64,000 bases of DNA from Candidatus Latescibacterota bacterium (GCA_965237675.1 OZ250150.1:544001-608000); one strand, 5' to 3'. Shown: positions 50,713-60,954, numbered from the stretch's first letter. Numbers and translations are program-made. Notes: generated by a model not told the origin, from the sequence alone.

Positions 50713-52134
50713 ATTGTGCCTATCTTAGTTGAAATAGAAGAGGCTCCGATGTAAATTGGATACGGCAGTCTCGACGAAGAAGACCGTATCCTCAACCAAA
50801 GGAGCCTGTGATGAAAAAAGTACCGTCGAACCTCCGTGAAGTCAAGTCGAATAGGGATGCCGGGGTGACGTCTGGCGCCTTCCTGGGAGAAGCCCTGGAG
50901 GATGTTGACGTCCGTGTGGCATTGATCCAAGCGCTGATCCCGCTTGGTCTGGACGCTGTGGCAGAAATCTTGCAGCAAGAGGTTGCCGGGTTGACGGGCA
51001 AGAAACACAGTCGTAAAGCGGGCAAGACCCCGAATCGTCGGTGGGGCGCTCAACCGGGATCGGTGTATCTGTCGGATCAAAAAGTGCCCATTACGGTGCC
51101 CAGGGTGCGTGACGTGGAAGCCAATGAGGAAGTTCCTCTGGAGGTGTATCACCACTTGCAGCGACCCAGAAACATGGACGGAGGGTTGCTGCTGCGCGTG
51201 GTCAGCGGCATTGCGACGCGTTCTTACGCCAGTTGCGCAGAGGCGATACCCGAGGCGTTTGGCCTGTCTTCATCGAGTGTCTCGAGGCGGTTCATCAGGG
51301 CATCGGCGGCCAAGCTGAGACAGTTTCAAGAACGGTTTCTTTCGGGCTATGACCTGGTGGGGCTGTTTATGGATGGCAAGACCTTTGCCGATCAGGAAAT
51401 GATCATCGCCCTTGGCGTGACCATCGACGGGCACAAGATCCCGCTGGGGTTCGTGCAGGCCGCCAGCGAAAATGAGCGCGTGTGCCGCCAGTTTGTCGAT
51501 TCGCTCATCGATCGCGGATTGCAGTATCACCAAGGGCTGCTTTGCCTCATCGACGGCTCAAAGGGCTTGTATAGTGCCCTCACAAAAGCCCTTTCCGGTT
51601 ATGTCGCCATTCAACGCTGTCAGTGGCACAAACGGGAGAACGTGATCGCCTATTTGCCCAAGACACAGCAGAGTGAGGTCAAGAAAGCGCTTCAAAGTGC
51701 CTACGACATGGACACCTACAAAGAAGCCAAAGCCGCGCTGTATGCCCTCAAGCCCTCCCTGACCCTGATGAATGCATCGGCCCTCAACAGCCTGGAGGAA
51801 GGGCTCGAAGAAACCCTCACCCTCCATCGCCTGGGACTGATGCCACAACTCAAGCAATCGTTTCGCACCACCAACTGCATCGAATCCCTCAACGCCATGA
51901 TCGCACAGCGCACCCGTAATGTGAAACGATGGAACAACTCCGATCAGCGATATCGGTGGTTGGCAGCCGCGCTGTTGGATATCGAGCCCCGATTGCGGAG
52001 GATCAAAGGATACCGCTTTCTTCCCGTACTCAGACTTGCCCTACGCAATCATCTCGCGCTCGATCATGACACGCAAAACGCTTTCGCCGCTGATTGAACG
52101 CCTCTGCTATTTCAACTAATAATAGTACTTGCCC
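50710..52134 (+). mobile_element. IS256-family element, full length
   Basis: IRL GGGATTGTGCCTATCTTAGTTGAAATAG, IRR CTATTTCAACTAATAATAGTACTTGCCC. Confidence 0.9.
50808..52097 (+). CDS. IS256 (Mutator) family transposase
   Basis: VPRVR, FMDG, IDGSKGL, QRCQWHK, TTNCIES. Confidence 0.93.
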   Translation: MMKKVPSNLREVKSNRDAGVTSGAFLGEALEDVDVRVALIQALIPLGLDAVAEILQQEVAGLTGKKHSRKAGKTPNRRWGAQPGSVYLSDQKVPITVPRVRDVEANEEVPLEVYHHLQRPRNMDGGLLLRVVSGIATRSYASCAEAIPEAFGLSSSSVSRRFIRASAAKLRQFQERFLSGYDLVGLFMDGKTFADQEMIIALGVTIDGHKIPLGFVQAASENERVCRQFVDSLIDRGLQYHQGLLCLIDGSKGLYSALTKALSGYVAIQRCQWHKRENVIAYLPKTQQSEVKKALQSAYDMDTYKEAKAALYALKPSLTLMNASALNSLEEGLEETLTLHRLGLMPQLKQSFRTTNCIESLNAMIAQRTRNVKRWNNSDQRYRWLAAALLDIEPRLRRIKGYRFLPVLRLALRNHLALDHDTQNAFAAD

Positions 52135-52372
52135 CTGCTACGCCCAGGATACACCCACCGTAGGTCAAGCGATCTATATCGGCCAGGTTATTCAATCCTT
52201 GATCTAATCGGGCGATTGCCGCGTACACGCGATTCAACGGGACGTTTCCCGCCGTTGCAAATTGAATCCCAACGACGCTTGTCAACTCGCCGATTTGAGG
52301 GATTGATGTTTTTCCAATGCCTCTTCAAGCGACTTTTCCGGAATCTTGAGGGGCGTATGGATACGACGCAGG

Positions 52373-55345
52373 CTATTCACGTGTCCGTCCGTTTTCTTTG
52401 ACAACTGTTGAACGCCCTGGCCGCTTTTCCAGAACATTCCGCGTATATTTGCAGTTGGGCCAATGCGTACAACCGATAAACAGTCCATATTTTCCACTCT
52501 TCTCCTGCAGCCATCCAAAGCACGTCGGACATCCCTCAACGGCCTGCCGGCAGTCTCGGCAACGGTAGTTCCCATCAACTTTCGCCAGTAATCCAGTCCT
52601 GCAATGGGGACACCCGGACTGTCGATACTCGCAATATGGCCAGTGCGAACAACCGTAGAATATCCCCCTGTCCCGAGCGTTACTTCTCCGCTGCAGCCGT
52701 CCATGGATGCATTTGGGGCACGGTACATCCCGCTTCGGTTGCTTTCCATGAACCTTTACGTCATAGCCATCCTTCATCAACTCCTCGACGAAAGCCGAAG
52801 GCGTTCCGATATCGACAACGAGATAGGCGCCGCGCCTGGCGCGAGTGACCGCGACATAGAACAGGCGGCGCTCCTCGGCGTTTGGATATGCTTCTGGCGC
52901 AGCCAGAACGAGATCCAGTAGCGGGTCGTCAACGATCTCGGTGGGGAAGCCGTACTTTCCGGAGCATAGGTCGAGCACCACCACATAGTCGGCCTCAAGG
53001 CCTTTGGAGCCGTGGACAGTCATGAAAGAGAGTTGAAGATTGGAATGTGCTCGCGCCAATACGCCCATATTCTGAGGCCTGGTGTGCCTGTACCGGCCCA
53101 GCAGCAGAACCGTAGAGCGCTCCTCGTACTCGGCTGCATGAGCGGCAATTGCGTTCAACGCATCCGCCAGTGGATCGGGACACGTTTCTCGGGCGACCAT
53201 TACATGCACGCATGGTTCGTCTGAATTGAAGATAGACGAAACACGCTTACGGATCTGTGCGGGATTGCTGAGCACGAATCGGGTTGCGAGATCGGCGATA
53301 CGATCCGTGCATCTGAACGTTGTTTCCAGGTTGACTCGTTCGCTCTCGCCAAAGCGTGCCGTGAACTCTCGCATGATGGCGATGTCCGAACCCGAAAATC
53401 GGTAGATGGCCTGCCAATCGTCGCCGACCGCAAACAACTGTGCCGTGTTCGATGTGTCCAGCAACGCCTTCAGCAGTCGCGCTCTCCCGGCCGAAATATC
53501 CTGAAACTCATCGACGAGTATGTAGCCAAACCGGTTGCGGTAACGCCCACTCTGCACGTGTTCCGTCGCGTTGGTGATCATGTCGTGGAAATCGATTTTC
53601 CGCAGCCGCGCAAGCGATTCCTGGTAACGCTCATATACAGGAATGAAAACGGTCAGGAAAGCCTCGGCCCGAGGACGGTTTCGAGCCTTGGCAGCGCGAC
53701 GGGCCACGTCGTTTGCCGACAGTTGCGCACCCTTGTAGTGATGGAGGAACGTCGCAACCAGACGCGTGAAAGGATCGATTCGACCTTGCTGTTCGAGGAC
53801 GGAGAAGGTGTCCTGGGATGGGATCGGAGATAACGTTACGCCATGGACGGCCAATTTTTCCGCCAGGTTCTCGGTCAGTTTGCCCGCATCCTTTTCGTGA
53901 CTATAGGTCTCCACAAGAACCGTGCCATGTTCCGCATGCAGCCGTCGTTTCCAGTCCAATGACCTGAGATATTCGTCGCGGTCGATAAAGGGAGGCGTAT
54001 TATTCGATTCGGAGAGTGCAATATGTTCAATGTATATCCCAGCGTTGGGAAGGTAGAAGTCGGGATGGTATTGCCTCTTTTCCGACGTGGCGGTTTCGTG
54101 TTCGTAGTCGCGTTCGTACTCATAGGGCACACCGTTGAGGTAAAGGAAGTTGGCAATCTCGCATTCTTCTAAACTCTTGAGCTTCTCGCCTTGCAGGGAC
54201 CGGACCCCGTTGTCCCGGAGATAAGCCCAATACTCTCCCTGAGTCTGGAATTCGAACTCGCTTCGGTACGGAGCAAAATGCCCTGCGAACCATCTGAGCA
54301 TGACCCCGGAGAACCTGGGATCGGCGACGAGGTCGCCGACGATGCCCTTCAGCAGGTCGAACAGGGCCTGTTCATCTACCGCAGCCTTGGCCACGGCCGG
54401 ACGTCTGCGTTCCACTTCGCTGATGATCGACATGCCCAGGCTGTGGAATGTTCGTACCGTGAGTTCGGCACCCAACTGAACGCCAAGGCGTTTCCGGACC
54501 CTTTCCTTCATTTCTTCCTGGGCATCTTTGGCAAATGCAAGCAGAAGCAGTTCAGATGGGCGCCGGTAACCCTTCTGAATGAGCCAGCCCGCCTTGGCAA
54601 CGATGACTGACGTCTTGCCGCTTCCGGCGGCTGCAACGATCAGGTTGCGGTCTTCATCGACGACAACCGCTCTCCGCTGCTCGTCCGTGAGCGGCTTCGC
54701 CTCGATCCTGTCGAAGAATTCCCTGGATCGCACCAGTTCGTTGACCACAAAAGTGTCGCAGGCTCTCGCCCGACAAACTTCGGAATCATCCGAGAAGTCC
54801 TGAATCGCCTTCAGCATTCGGATTTCTGCGATGTCGGATAACTGTTCGGGCCACTGAGAAGGGAACCGCGCGACCACGTCTTTGGCATCGTGCTCGATTG
54901 GGGAAAAGACAGTATGCGCCACATACCGCGGCGGGTCGGTAAACTGCGCCAGGCGGTCATAAACGGATTGAATCGTTCCGACATGTGTATCCAGGGCGCC
55001 TCGCCACCAGTCGACTCTCGCGCGCATAAGTGCGTCGCCGAACAACTGCGCGTCCGGCTTCGACAGTCCGGATACCGTTACATTGCCAGAGGCGAAACGT
55101 ACTTGCAATCCTCCCCAGAACCACCCGAGCGCCACCTCCGCGGTCTCGATTTCCCGAAAGGGGATAACCATCGACCGGGACGGGCGTTCCAGGATCAATG
55201 TCTCACTGTTCAACGTGACCGCTCTGGCATGTCCCGGACGAAGGAACGGGAACACGTACGAGGCCAGGCCGGATCGTCCGGCGCGCATAGATCCCCTGGG
55301 GCCCGAATTACGACTGTGCGCACGGGCCATGTCTGTTTTCCACAC
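52373..55345 (-). CDS. DNA helicase IV-like UvrD helicase with inserted nuclease-like domain and C-terminal zinc ribbons
   Basis: AAAGSGKT, VDEFQD, VGDDWQAIYRF, TVHGSKGLE, EERRLFYVAVTRA; insert KS.EE..IANFL...YEYE...PDF.....YIEH; CxxC and GCxxWPxC repeats. Confidence 0.9.
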   Translation of the reverse strand: MWKTDMARAHSRNSGPRGSMRAGRSGLASYVFPFLRPGHARAVTLNSETLILERPSRSMVIPFREIETAEVALGWFWGGLQVRFASGNVTVSGLSKPDAQLFGDALMRARVDWWRGALDTHVGTIQSVYDRLAQFTDPPRYVAHTVFSPIEHDAKDVVARFPSQWPEQLSDIAEIRMLKAIQDFSDDSEVCRARACDTFVVNELVRSREFFDRIEAKPLTDEQRRAVVVDEDRNLIVAAAGSGKTSVIVAKAGWLIQKGYRRPSELLLLAFAKDAQEEMKERVRKRLGVQLGAELTVRTFHSLGMSIISEVERRRPAVAKAAVDEQALFDLLKGIVGDLVADPRFSGVMLRWFAGHFAPYRSEFEFQTQGEYWAYLRDNGVRSLQGEKLKSLEECEIANFLYLNGVPYEYERDYEHETATSEKRQYHPDFYLPNAGIYIEHIALSESNNTPPFIDRDEYLRSLDWKRRLHAEHGTVLVETYSHEKDAGKLTENLAEKLAVHGVTLSPIPSQDTFSVLEQQGRIDPFTRLVATFLHHYKGAQLSANDVARRAAKARNRPRAEAFLTVFIPVYERYQESLARLRKIDFHDMITNATEHVQSGRYRNRFGYILVDEFQDISAGRARLLKALLDTSNTAQLFAVGDDWQAIYRFSGSDIAIMREFTARFGESERVNLETTFRCTDRIADLATRFVLSNPAQIRKRVSSIFNSDEPCVHVMVARETCPDPLADALNAIAAHAAEYEERSTVLLLGRYRHTRPQNMGVLARAHSNLQLSFMTVHGSKGLEADYVVVLDLCSGKYGFPTEIVDDPLLDLVLAAPEAYPNAEERRLFYVAVTRARRGAYLVVDIGTPSAFVEELMKDGYDVKVHGKQPKRDVPCPKCIHGRLQRRSNARDRGIFYGCSHWPYCEYRQSGCPHCRTGLLAKVDGNYRCRDCRQAVEGCPTCFGWLQEKSGKYGLFIGCTHWPNCKYTRNVLEKRPGRSTVVKENGRTRE

Positions 55346-55383
55346 ATGCGAAGTACATTAGTTGACGCGGCACCTTCTCCTAA

Positions 55384-55707
55384 CAGCCCGTTGAAAAAGT
55401 CCATCCGGTCTGCGGCCGGCTCTTGTGGCCGAATTACTGCGTTGCGCTTCCTCTCCGAATCCACCGATTCGGCTCGGTCGCGCGCCTTGTCTTCGGTCAC
55501 AGTGGCAAGTGTTCTGTCCCGGAAATAGATTGCCGAAATTCGGCCGCCGAGTCGCCCGGCAGGCAAGGCGCCTGAGCAAGGCGACCTGCGCAAGGTCACC
55601 GAGCGAAGGCAACGCAGCGAGACGGGATGAATCGGCGGATGAATGGTGACATATTTCCGGGACGGGACACTATACTTCGCCTGCAGAGCAACTTTTTCAA
55701 CGGACTG
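55384..55707. mobile_element. MITE family D (IS5-like, CTAA target duplication) containing a nested family A MITE
   Basis: CTAA-CAGCCCGTTGAAAAAGT ... ACTTTTTCAACGGACTG-CTAA. Confidence 0.85.
55508..55671. mobile_element. MITE family A, full copy (nested)
   Basis: Same TIRs and interior as 6229-6385. Confidence 0.88.
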
Positions 55708-56183
55708 CTAAGCGTGGCCTTCAGGCACACTTGAATATTGCCCGGTAGCCTATCCGTTTCAAGCTGGGCTTTTTTATCCTGCAAACCGTATGCCAGGCTG
55801 GTCGGATATCGACTGTAAAACCAGTCGTGCAGGCGGTCGCTGCTCAGGCGCTGGGCTCCGCCTTATCGGCTGCCGCGCCCGCGTCGATTTCTGCCCTGAA
55901 GGGAGTTGTAAGGCATTCCACGATGAATTCGGCCTTTGTTTTCCGTTGACACGCTCCCACAATACCGCTTTCTTTCGCCTTCCTGCACGTGGCGTCTGCG
56001 TACAGACTCACGTGCGGTCTCGTTGCTTCCCGATGTCTCATAACCGTTGGCAATCTCTGTCGAGTATAGTGTATCTCCTCACAATGCAGTTCTGCCTCGA
56101 ATACGCGCAGTCAAGTACCCGTATGACCGTTCACGCGTATACCGTCCTCTGAAACGCTTTTTTCATCAGGGAAAGGCCAGCCA

Positions 56184-56984
56184 ATGGAAACCGTACGTGA
56201 CAGGCTCTGGATCTTTACCTGCGTGGCCGGATCGGACAACGACTCCCTCACTCAGGCCGGGTACACGCAGGGCTCGCGTATGACACCAGCCGAAGGCGCG
56301 TTGTTTCTGGATGTTCCGAACCTGCATATGATCCGGTGGCGGGGCCTGCCAGCATACCCGTACGAGCAGTATGCCGTGACCTTCTCCTCACTGAAACAGG
56401 TGACCTGGTCCATTGTGGGCAGCGGGGGCCAGGTCGAAGGCGATGAACTGCAACGAGTAATCGAACTCGCCGAAAGACATCCCAACGTCGGCGGTGTCTA
56501 CCTCGACGACTTCATGCGAAAAGAAGGCCGAGGCGCCCTCAGCGTGGATGACCTCGCCAACATACGTCCGCGATTGGGCGTTGCCGGCAGAAGACTGGAC
56601 CTCTGGGTTGTCCTCTACATCAAGCAACTCGACCTGCCCGTTGCCCCCTACCTCGAATACTGCGACGTGGTCAATCTCTGGACCTGGAACTCCGACGACC
56701 TGGAAAACCTGGAACAAAACATGGAACGCCTCGAAGCGGTGAACCCCGGCGGCCGCGTTTCCCTGGGGTGTTATCTCTGGGACTTCCATAACCAGCGCCC
56801 CGTTTCCATCCCCCACATGGAGCACCAGTGCGGCCTCGGTCTCCAGTGGCTGCGGGAAGGCCGCATTGAAAGCATCGTTTTTCTCGCCAACACCACCTGC
56901 GACATCGGTATCGACTCCGCACCCTGGACCCAGGCGTGGATCAGGAAGGTCGGCGATTTGACACTGAATCCGGCCCAGGCTTGA
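56184..56984 (+). CDS. Hypothetical protein (possible TIM-barrel, glycoside-hydrolase-like)
   Basis: Good coding bias; GVYLDDF and DVVNLWTW beta/alpha pattern. Confidence 0.6.
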   Translation: METVRDRLWIFTCVAGSDNDSLTQAGYTQGSRMTPAEGALFLDVPNLHMIRWRGLPAYPYEQYAVTFSSLKQVTWSIVGSGGQVEGDELQRVIELAERHPNVGGVYLDDFMRKEGRGALSVDDLANIRPRLGVAGRRLDLWVVLYIKQLDLPVAPYLEYCDVVNLWTWNSDDLENLEQNMERLEAVNPGGRVSLGCYLWDFHNQRPVSIPHMEHQCGLGLQWLREGRIESIVFLANTTCDIGIDSAPWTQAWIRKVGDLTLNPAQA

Positions 56985-57102
56985 ATGCGGGCACGGCGTT
57001 CGTTTCAGAAAATCCGACGCCGCCAAGCCAACAGATACAACGTGGAAATTTACAGGCCTGAAGGAGGGGTTGTCGCATTAGCGCAGATCGGAGACAGACA
57101 AT

Positions 57103-58371
57103 ATGAATAGCAGCGAGCGAATTGGGGCCAATGTCGTCAAGAGCACCCACATAAAAAGCGATGGACTTCACGCGTTCTACTCGGGAGGACAGACGTACAC
57201 GGGCGCGACCGGGGAAAGAATCGTTGAAACGGTGACCTCCGAGGTCCTCCAATGGGTGACTCACGAGGATGGGCGCACAACCCTGGATGCCTGTTACGAC
57301 GGCACCTGGCTGAGGATGTCGGAAGATAATGGATCAAACTGGACGGATTGGGGTACGCGGGTACGATTCGACATCGAAATCCCTGATGAGCAGTTGATGC
57401 CGGCGGGGCTCAGCCTGGATACGAAAAACAACATCCTGTTACGTTTTTTCCGGGGGCAGAAGGCCGACAGGAGTTGCTACGGCTACATCAACCAGGGCGC
57501 CTACCGGGCACATTACAGCGTATCCGGAGATCAGGGAGCAACCTGGAGCGATCCCGTTCAGATTGTAGACCGACGGAAAGACTATGACGCGGATTGCTGG
57601 GGTCCGGGCTTCCGCTATGGAGAGCGCGGCGCCATCCTCAACGGCAGCCACTGCATCTGGATGGAAGACGGATCGGTGCTGGCGCCCTTTACGGAGTACG
57701 AACGATTGGACGGTTCCAAGCCCTGGTATTTTCGGGTCGTCTGCGCAAGGGGATATTGGAACGGCGACAAGAGCGGGCTTGACTGGAAGTTCGGGGATTT
57801 TATCGAGGTATCTAGCGAGAAAGCCGGCGTCGGATGCTGCGAGCCAGCGATCACGGCGCTGGAATCAGGTGCGTTGTTCGTCACTATGAGATGTCAGGGA
57901 AACGAGGCAAACGGCCATTATTCCATACCCTATTCCGCCGTTTCGGAAGATGGCGGGATGAACTGGTCGCAGCCGGAGCCGCTGGTTTACGACGATGGGA
58001 CGGCCGTCTGGACCCCTGCCTCATGTACTTCCTTTCTTGAATCCTCCATAACGGGCAAAACCTACTGGATTGCCAATATCCTGGACGGCCCCGTCTTCGG
58101 GCAGACGCCTCGATATCCACTGAAAATAGCTGAATTTGACACGGATAAGGCCTGCATTCTGAAAGACTCGGTCCGGCTCATACAGGACAGGCCCGACGAT
58201 GCGCACGAAAACGTGAGATATACCAACTTCGGGTGTTACGAAGACAGACAAACGGGGAAACTGATTGTCACGCTTCCCGAGCAATATCGCCGCATGGGTT
58301 GGGACGACATGAAAAAGCCGGGGGACTTTGCGGCGGATTGTGTCAAATACACGGTGGATATTGACGGGTAG
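57103..58371 (+). CDS. BNR/Asp-box (sialidase-like) beta-propeller protein
   Basis: Asp-boxes SEDNGSNW, SGDQGATW, SEDGGMNW; CEP; PRYPL. Confidence 0.8.
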   Translation: MNSSERIGANVVKSTHIKSDGLHAFYSGGQTYTGATGERIVETVTSEVLQWVTHEDGRTTLDACYDGTWLRMSEDNGSNWTDWGTRVRFDIEIPDEQLMPAGLSLDTKNNILLRFFRGQKADRSCYGYINQGAYRAHYSVSGDQGATWSDPVQIVDRRKDYDADCWGPGFRYGERGAILNGSHCIWMEDGSVLAPFTEYERLDGSKPWYFRVVCARGYWNGDKSGLDWKFGDFIEVSSEKAGVGCCEPAITALESGALFVTMRCQGNEANGHYSIPYSAVSEDGGMNWSQPEPLVYDDGTAVWTPASCTSFLESSITGKTYWIANILDGPVFGQTPRYPLKIAEFDTDKACILKDSVRLIQDRPDDAHENVRYTNFGCYEDRQTGKLIVTLPEQYRRMGWDDMKKPGDFAADCVKYTVDIDG

Positions 58372-58388
58372 GCCGTCTGTCACCATGA

Positions 58389-58450
58389 CCCCTGAGCCTG
58401 TCGAAGGGTCGGCGAAGGGTAGCGAAGTGCGGGCATTTCGACAGGCTCAA
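58389..58450. repeat. CCCTGAGCCTGTCGAAGGG...TTCGACAGGCTCA palindromic repeat
   Basis: Inverted pair; second copy at 43330. Confidence 0.65.
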
Positions 58451-58579
58451 AGCAGGCAACGCAACCAGTGATAAATCGTTAGGTTGGCGAACCATCCCCG
58501 GGAGAGGAGGCATGATCCAGTCGCTCGACAGCGAAGAATCAGGCTGATGCTGAACGGCGTTCGGTGTATGCCGATTCGA

Positions 58580-58604
58580 GGGCGACCACAAGGGTCGCCC
58601 CTAC
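58580..58604 (-). repeat. GTAG-type REP
   Basis: Reverse complement GTAGGGGCGACCCTTGTGGTCGCCC. Confidence 0.65.
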
Positions 58605-58775
58605 TTGCGCCAAATCACGGACTCTACCAGTCCCGCGCCCGGTGGTTGTGCGAGGGGTTTTTCCGCGTTATTCCGTCCACCAACGTGGTCCTGTTGATCG
58701 TTCCTTAAGCTCGCAGGGCAACGACGCCTGGTATTTCACGTGTGGCGGTTCGCGGCGAGCGGCACCCTTCTTTTC

Positions 58776-58808
58776 GCCCTTTTTCTTGGGCGATGCAAGA
58801 AAAAGGGC
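58776..58808. terminator. Long hairpin downstream of convergent genes
   Basis: GCCCTTTTTCTTG-ggcgatg-CAAGAAAAAGGGC. Confidence 0.5.
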
Positions 58809-58900
58809 AAGGGAATAGGGGACGTTTGGGGGGTGGTGGAGATTCTACCTCATGGTTGGTGAAACGTTCTTTGATGTGGCGGCTCTACCACAATGCGGAA

Positions 58901-60595
58901 TCACGACTTCGCGTATTTGGAGATGAGATCGACAGTGGCCTCATCTCCTTTTTTCTGCGCCCAGGCGAGGGGCGTGGCCCACCCGGCGCCGGCCAGCGTG
59001 GGATCGGCCCCGCGTTCGAGGTACAATCGGACCAGATCGTACTTGCCCCACCGGACCGCCCAGCCGAGCGGGGTGGACTGAAGGAGTTCGTCGATGACGT
59101 TCAGATCGGCGCCGTGGTCGAGGAGGATGGTGGCAAAGGTGATCCGTTCGGGTTCGGTCATAATGGGTTGTCCCCACACAATGCCACAGGCCGCCAGATG
59201 ATGAGCAAGCCGGTACCCGAAACGACCCACGAGATTGGGGCTGACGCCATGGTCCAGAATCATGCGGAAAATTTCAGGATAAACCGTGCGGTCAAACTCG
59301 CGGAACTTGCGGTGCGGATTGGTGCGCCAGAGTCGAAGGGGCTGCTCGAGCAGGCCGAACCAGCGACGGTCTTCTGGCACCCAATCGAGTTGCCGCAGGC
59401 ACATTCCCACAATATCGGGGTCGCCGCCGCATCCGGCCGCCCAGAGCAGCTTTTCTGCTATCGACGGGTCGTTGTGGAGGGCGACTGCGGCGGCGGCGGT
59501 TTCAGCTTCCAGTCCGATGGTGACGTGATCCAGACCGCCGCCGTATCGAAACAGTAATCCCTTCATCCGATCGTCGCGGTTATTGTACGCCGCGCCCACG
59601 GGATTGGCGCTGGCATAAATGCTGGCGTTGGGGTCGGCCCCCCGTTCGAGCAGGAGTTCTGCAATATCGTACTGTGAATTTTCGGCTGCGCGAGCGAGGG
59701 GTTGGCCCCAGGAATAGGGTTTGGATTCGTAGTGGTGCAGTTGATGCCGGTCGTCGGGATCCAGACCCAGATCAAGCAAAAGACGCAGCATATCGATATT
59801 GTCGTTTTGGACGGCGATCGCCAGAAGACCGTCTCGCTCGCTGTCGTTGGATTGAAAGCGTTCGGGATGGTCTTCGGCAAATGAGCGAACATACTCCATA
59901 TCCCCGAGAGCGACGGCGGATTCGATGGATTGCTCGCATCCGGCCTGGAGCAGAATCCCCGCGCAGACCAGACACCCTTCGTTGAGCGGCCTGTTTCGGC
60001 CGCGAATATTGTGCACGGCGCCGTCCAGAGGCGACTGCCCCTCGGGCGTGAGATGGGTGATATCGGCGCCGCGTCCGAGCAGTTCAAGAACGAGTTGGTA
60101 TCGGCCGTGAGATGCGGCCGCGTGAATAACGCTGCCGCCATTGCGATGGCAGGCGTCCAGCAGATCGGGTTGCCGGTTCAGGATTCGCAGCGCATCCCGG
60201 TCCCGGCCCTCGCGAACGGCCTCGAAGAGCGCATCATTTTCGTCGGTAATCGTGATGTTCTTGCATGCAGCCAGCTTGCGTTTTTCATCCTCTTCCCTGA
60301 TGATATGAACAATGTCGACCAAGTCGCGTTCACGTGCCATGGTAAGCGCTGCGGTCGCATCCCGGTGTGGATAGATGCCCGCGTTTTGATCGGCCCCTGC
60401 TTCCATAAGGACCCGGACGGCATCGGCGTGCTGATACATCACCGCATAGTGAATCGCCATATGTTCGTTGTTTTCCGCCATGTGTACATTGACCAGATCG
60501 GGCTGCACATCGAGGATACGTCGGATTCTCGAGACATCCCCCTTCGCCGCAGCTTTACATAGATCAGCGACCCTGTAGATTCCATTTGTCGTCAT
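58901..60595 (-). CDS. Ankyrin-repeat protein
   Basis: Repeated LLxxGADxN and TPLxWA motifs throughout. Confidence 0.9.
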   Translation of the reverse strand: MTTNGIYRVADLCKAAAKGDVSRIRRILDVQPDLVNVHMAENNEHMAIHYAVMYQHADAVRVLMEAGADQNAGIYPHRDATAALTMARERDLVDIVHIIREEDEKRKLAACKNITITDENDALFEAVREGRDRDALRILNRQPDLLDACHRNGGSVIHAAASHGRYQLVLELLGRGADITHLTPEGQSPLDGAVHNIRGRNRPLNEGCLVCAGILLQAGCEQSIESAVALGDMEYVRSFAEDHPERFQSNDSERDGLLAIAVQNDNIDMLRLLLDLGLDPDDRHQLHHYESKPYSWGQPLARAAENSQYDIAELLLERGADPNASIYASANPVGAAYNNRDDRMKGLLFRYGGGLDHVTIGLEAETAAAAVALHNDPSIAEKLLWAAGCGGDPDIVGMCLRQLDWVPEDRRWFGLLEQPLRLWRTNPHRKFREFDRTVYPEIFRMILDHGVSPNLVGRFGYRLAHHLAACGIVWGQPIMTEPERITFATILLDHGADLNVIDELLQSTPLGWAVRWGKYDLVRLYLERGADPTLAGAGWATPLAWAQKKGDEATVDLISKYAKS

Positions 60596-60708
60596 TTCTG
60601 TTCCTTTCCGGGTTTACCCTTCATCCGATACCGCGAGCGACAACCCTCATCGCCTGCGTTCAAACCTGAACACGAAATCCGGTAACCGCAGGTCTCGCCT
60701 CGAGCCGG

Positions 60709-60954
60709 TCAAAGGCCGTATTCGAACGTGAGTTCCCTCGCAACATCCGTCCGCTCCACACTCCGTTTGATATCCTCCATCATTTCCAGCCACCTGTGTT
60801 TCTTGAATTTTCCGAAGTCAAGGACAAATCCAGGAAGCGCGCTTTGCCACCGGATGCGCCCGCACCCGTCAATATCCTTCTTCATGATCCGGTAAACGCG
60901 GTCGGCGTGTGGACGAAAGGTGTCGTAGCTCATTTCATAGCGGATAGAGAGCAC
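60709..60954 (-). pseudogene. Fragment of a MacB/FtsX-type ABC permease N-terminus fused to unrelated sequence
   Basis: EMSYDTF..HADRVYRI motif; abuts a MITE remnant. Confidence 0.5.
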
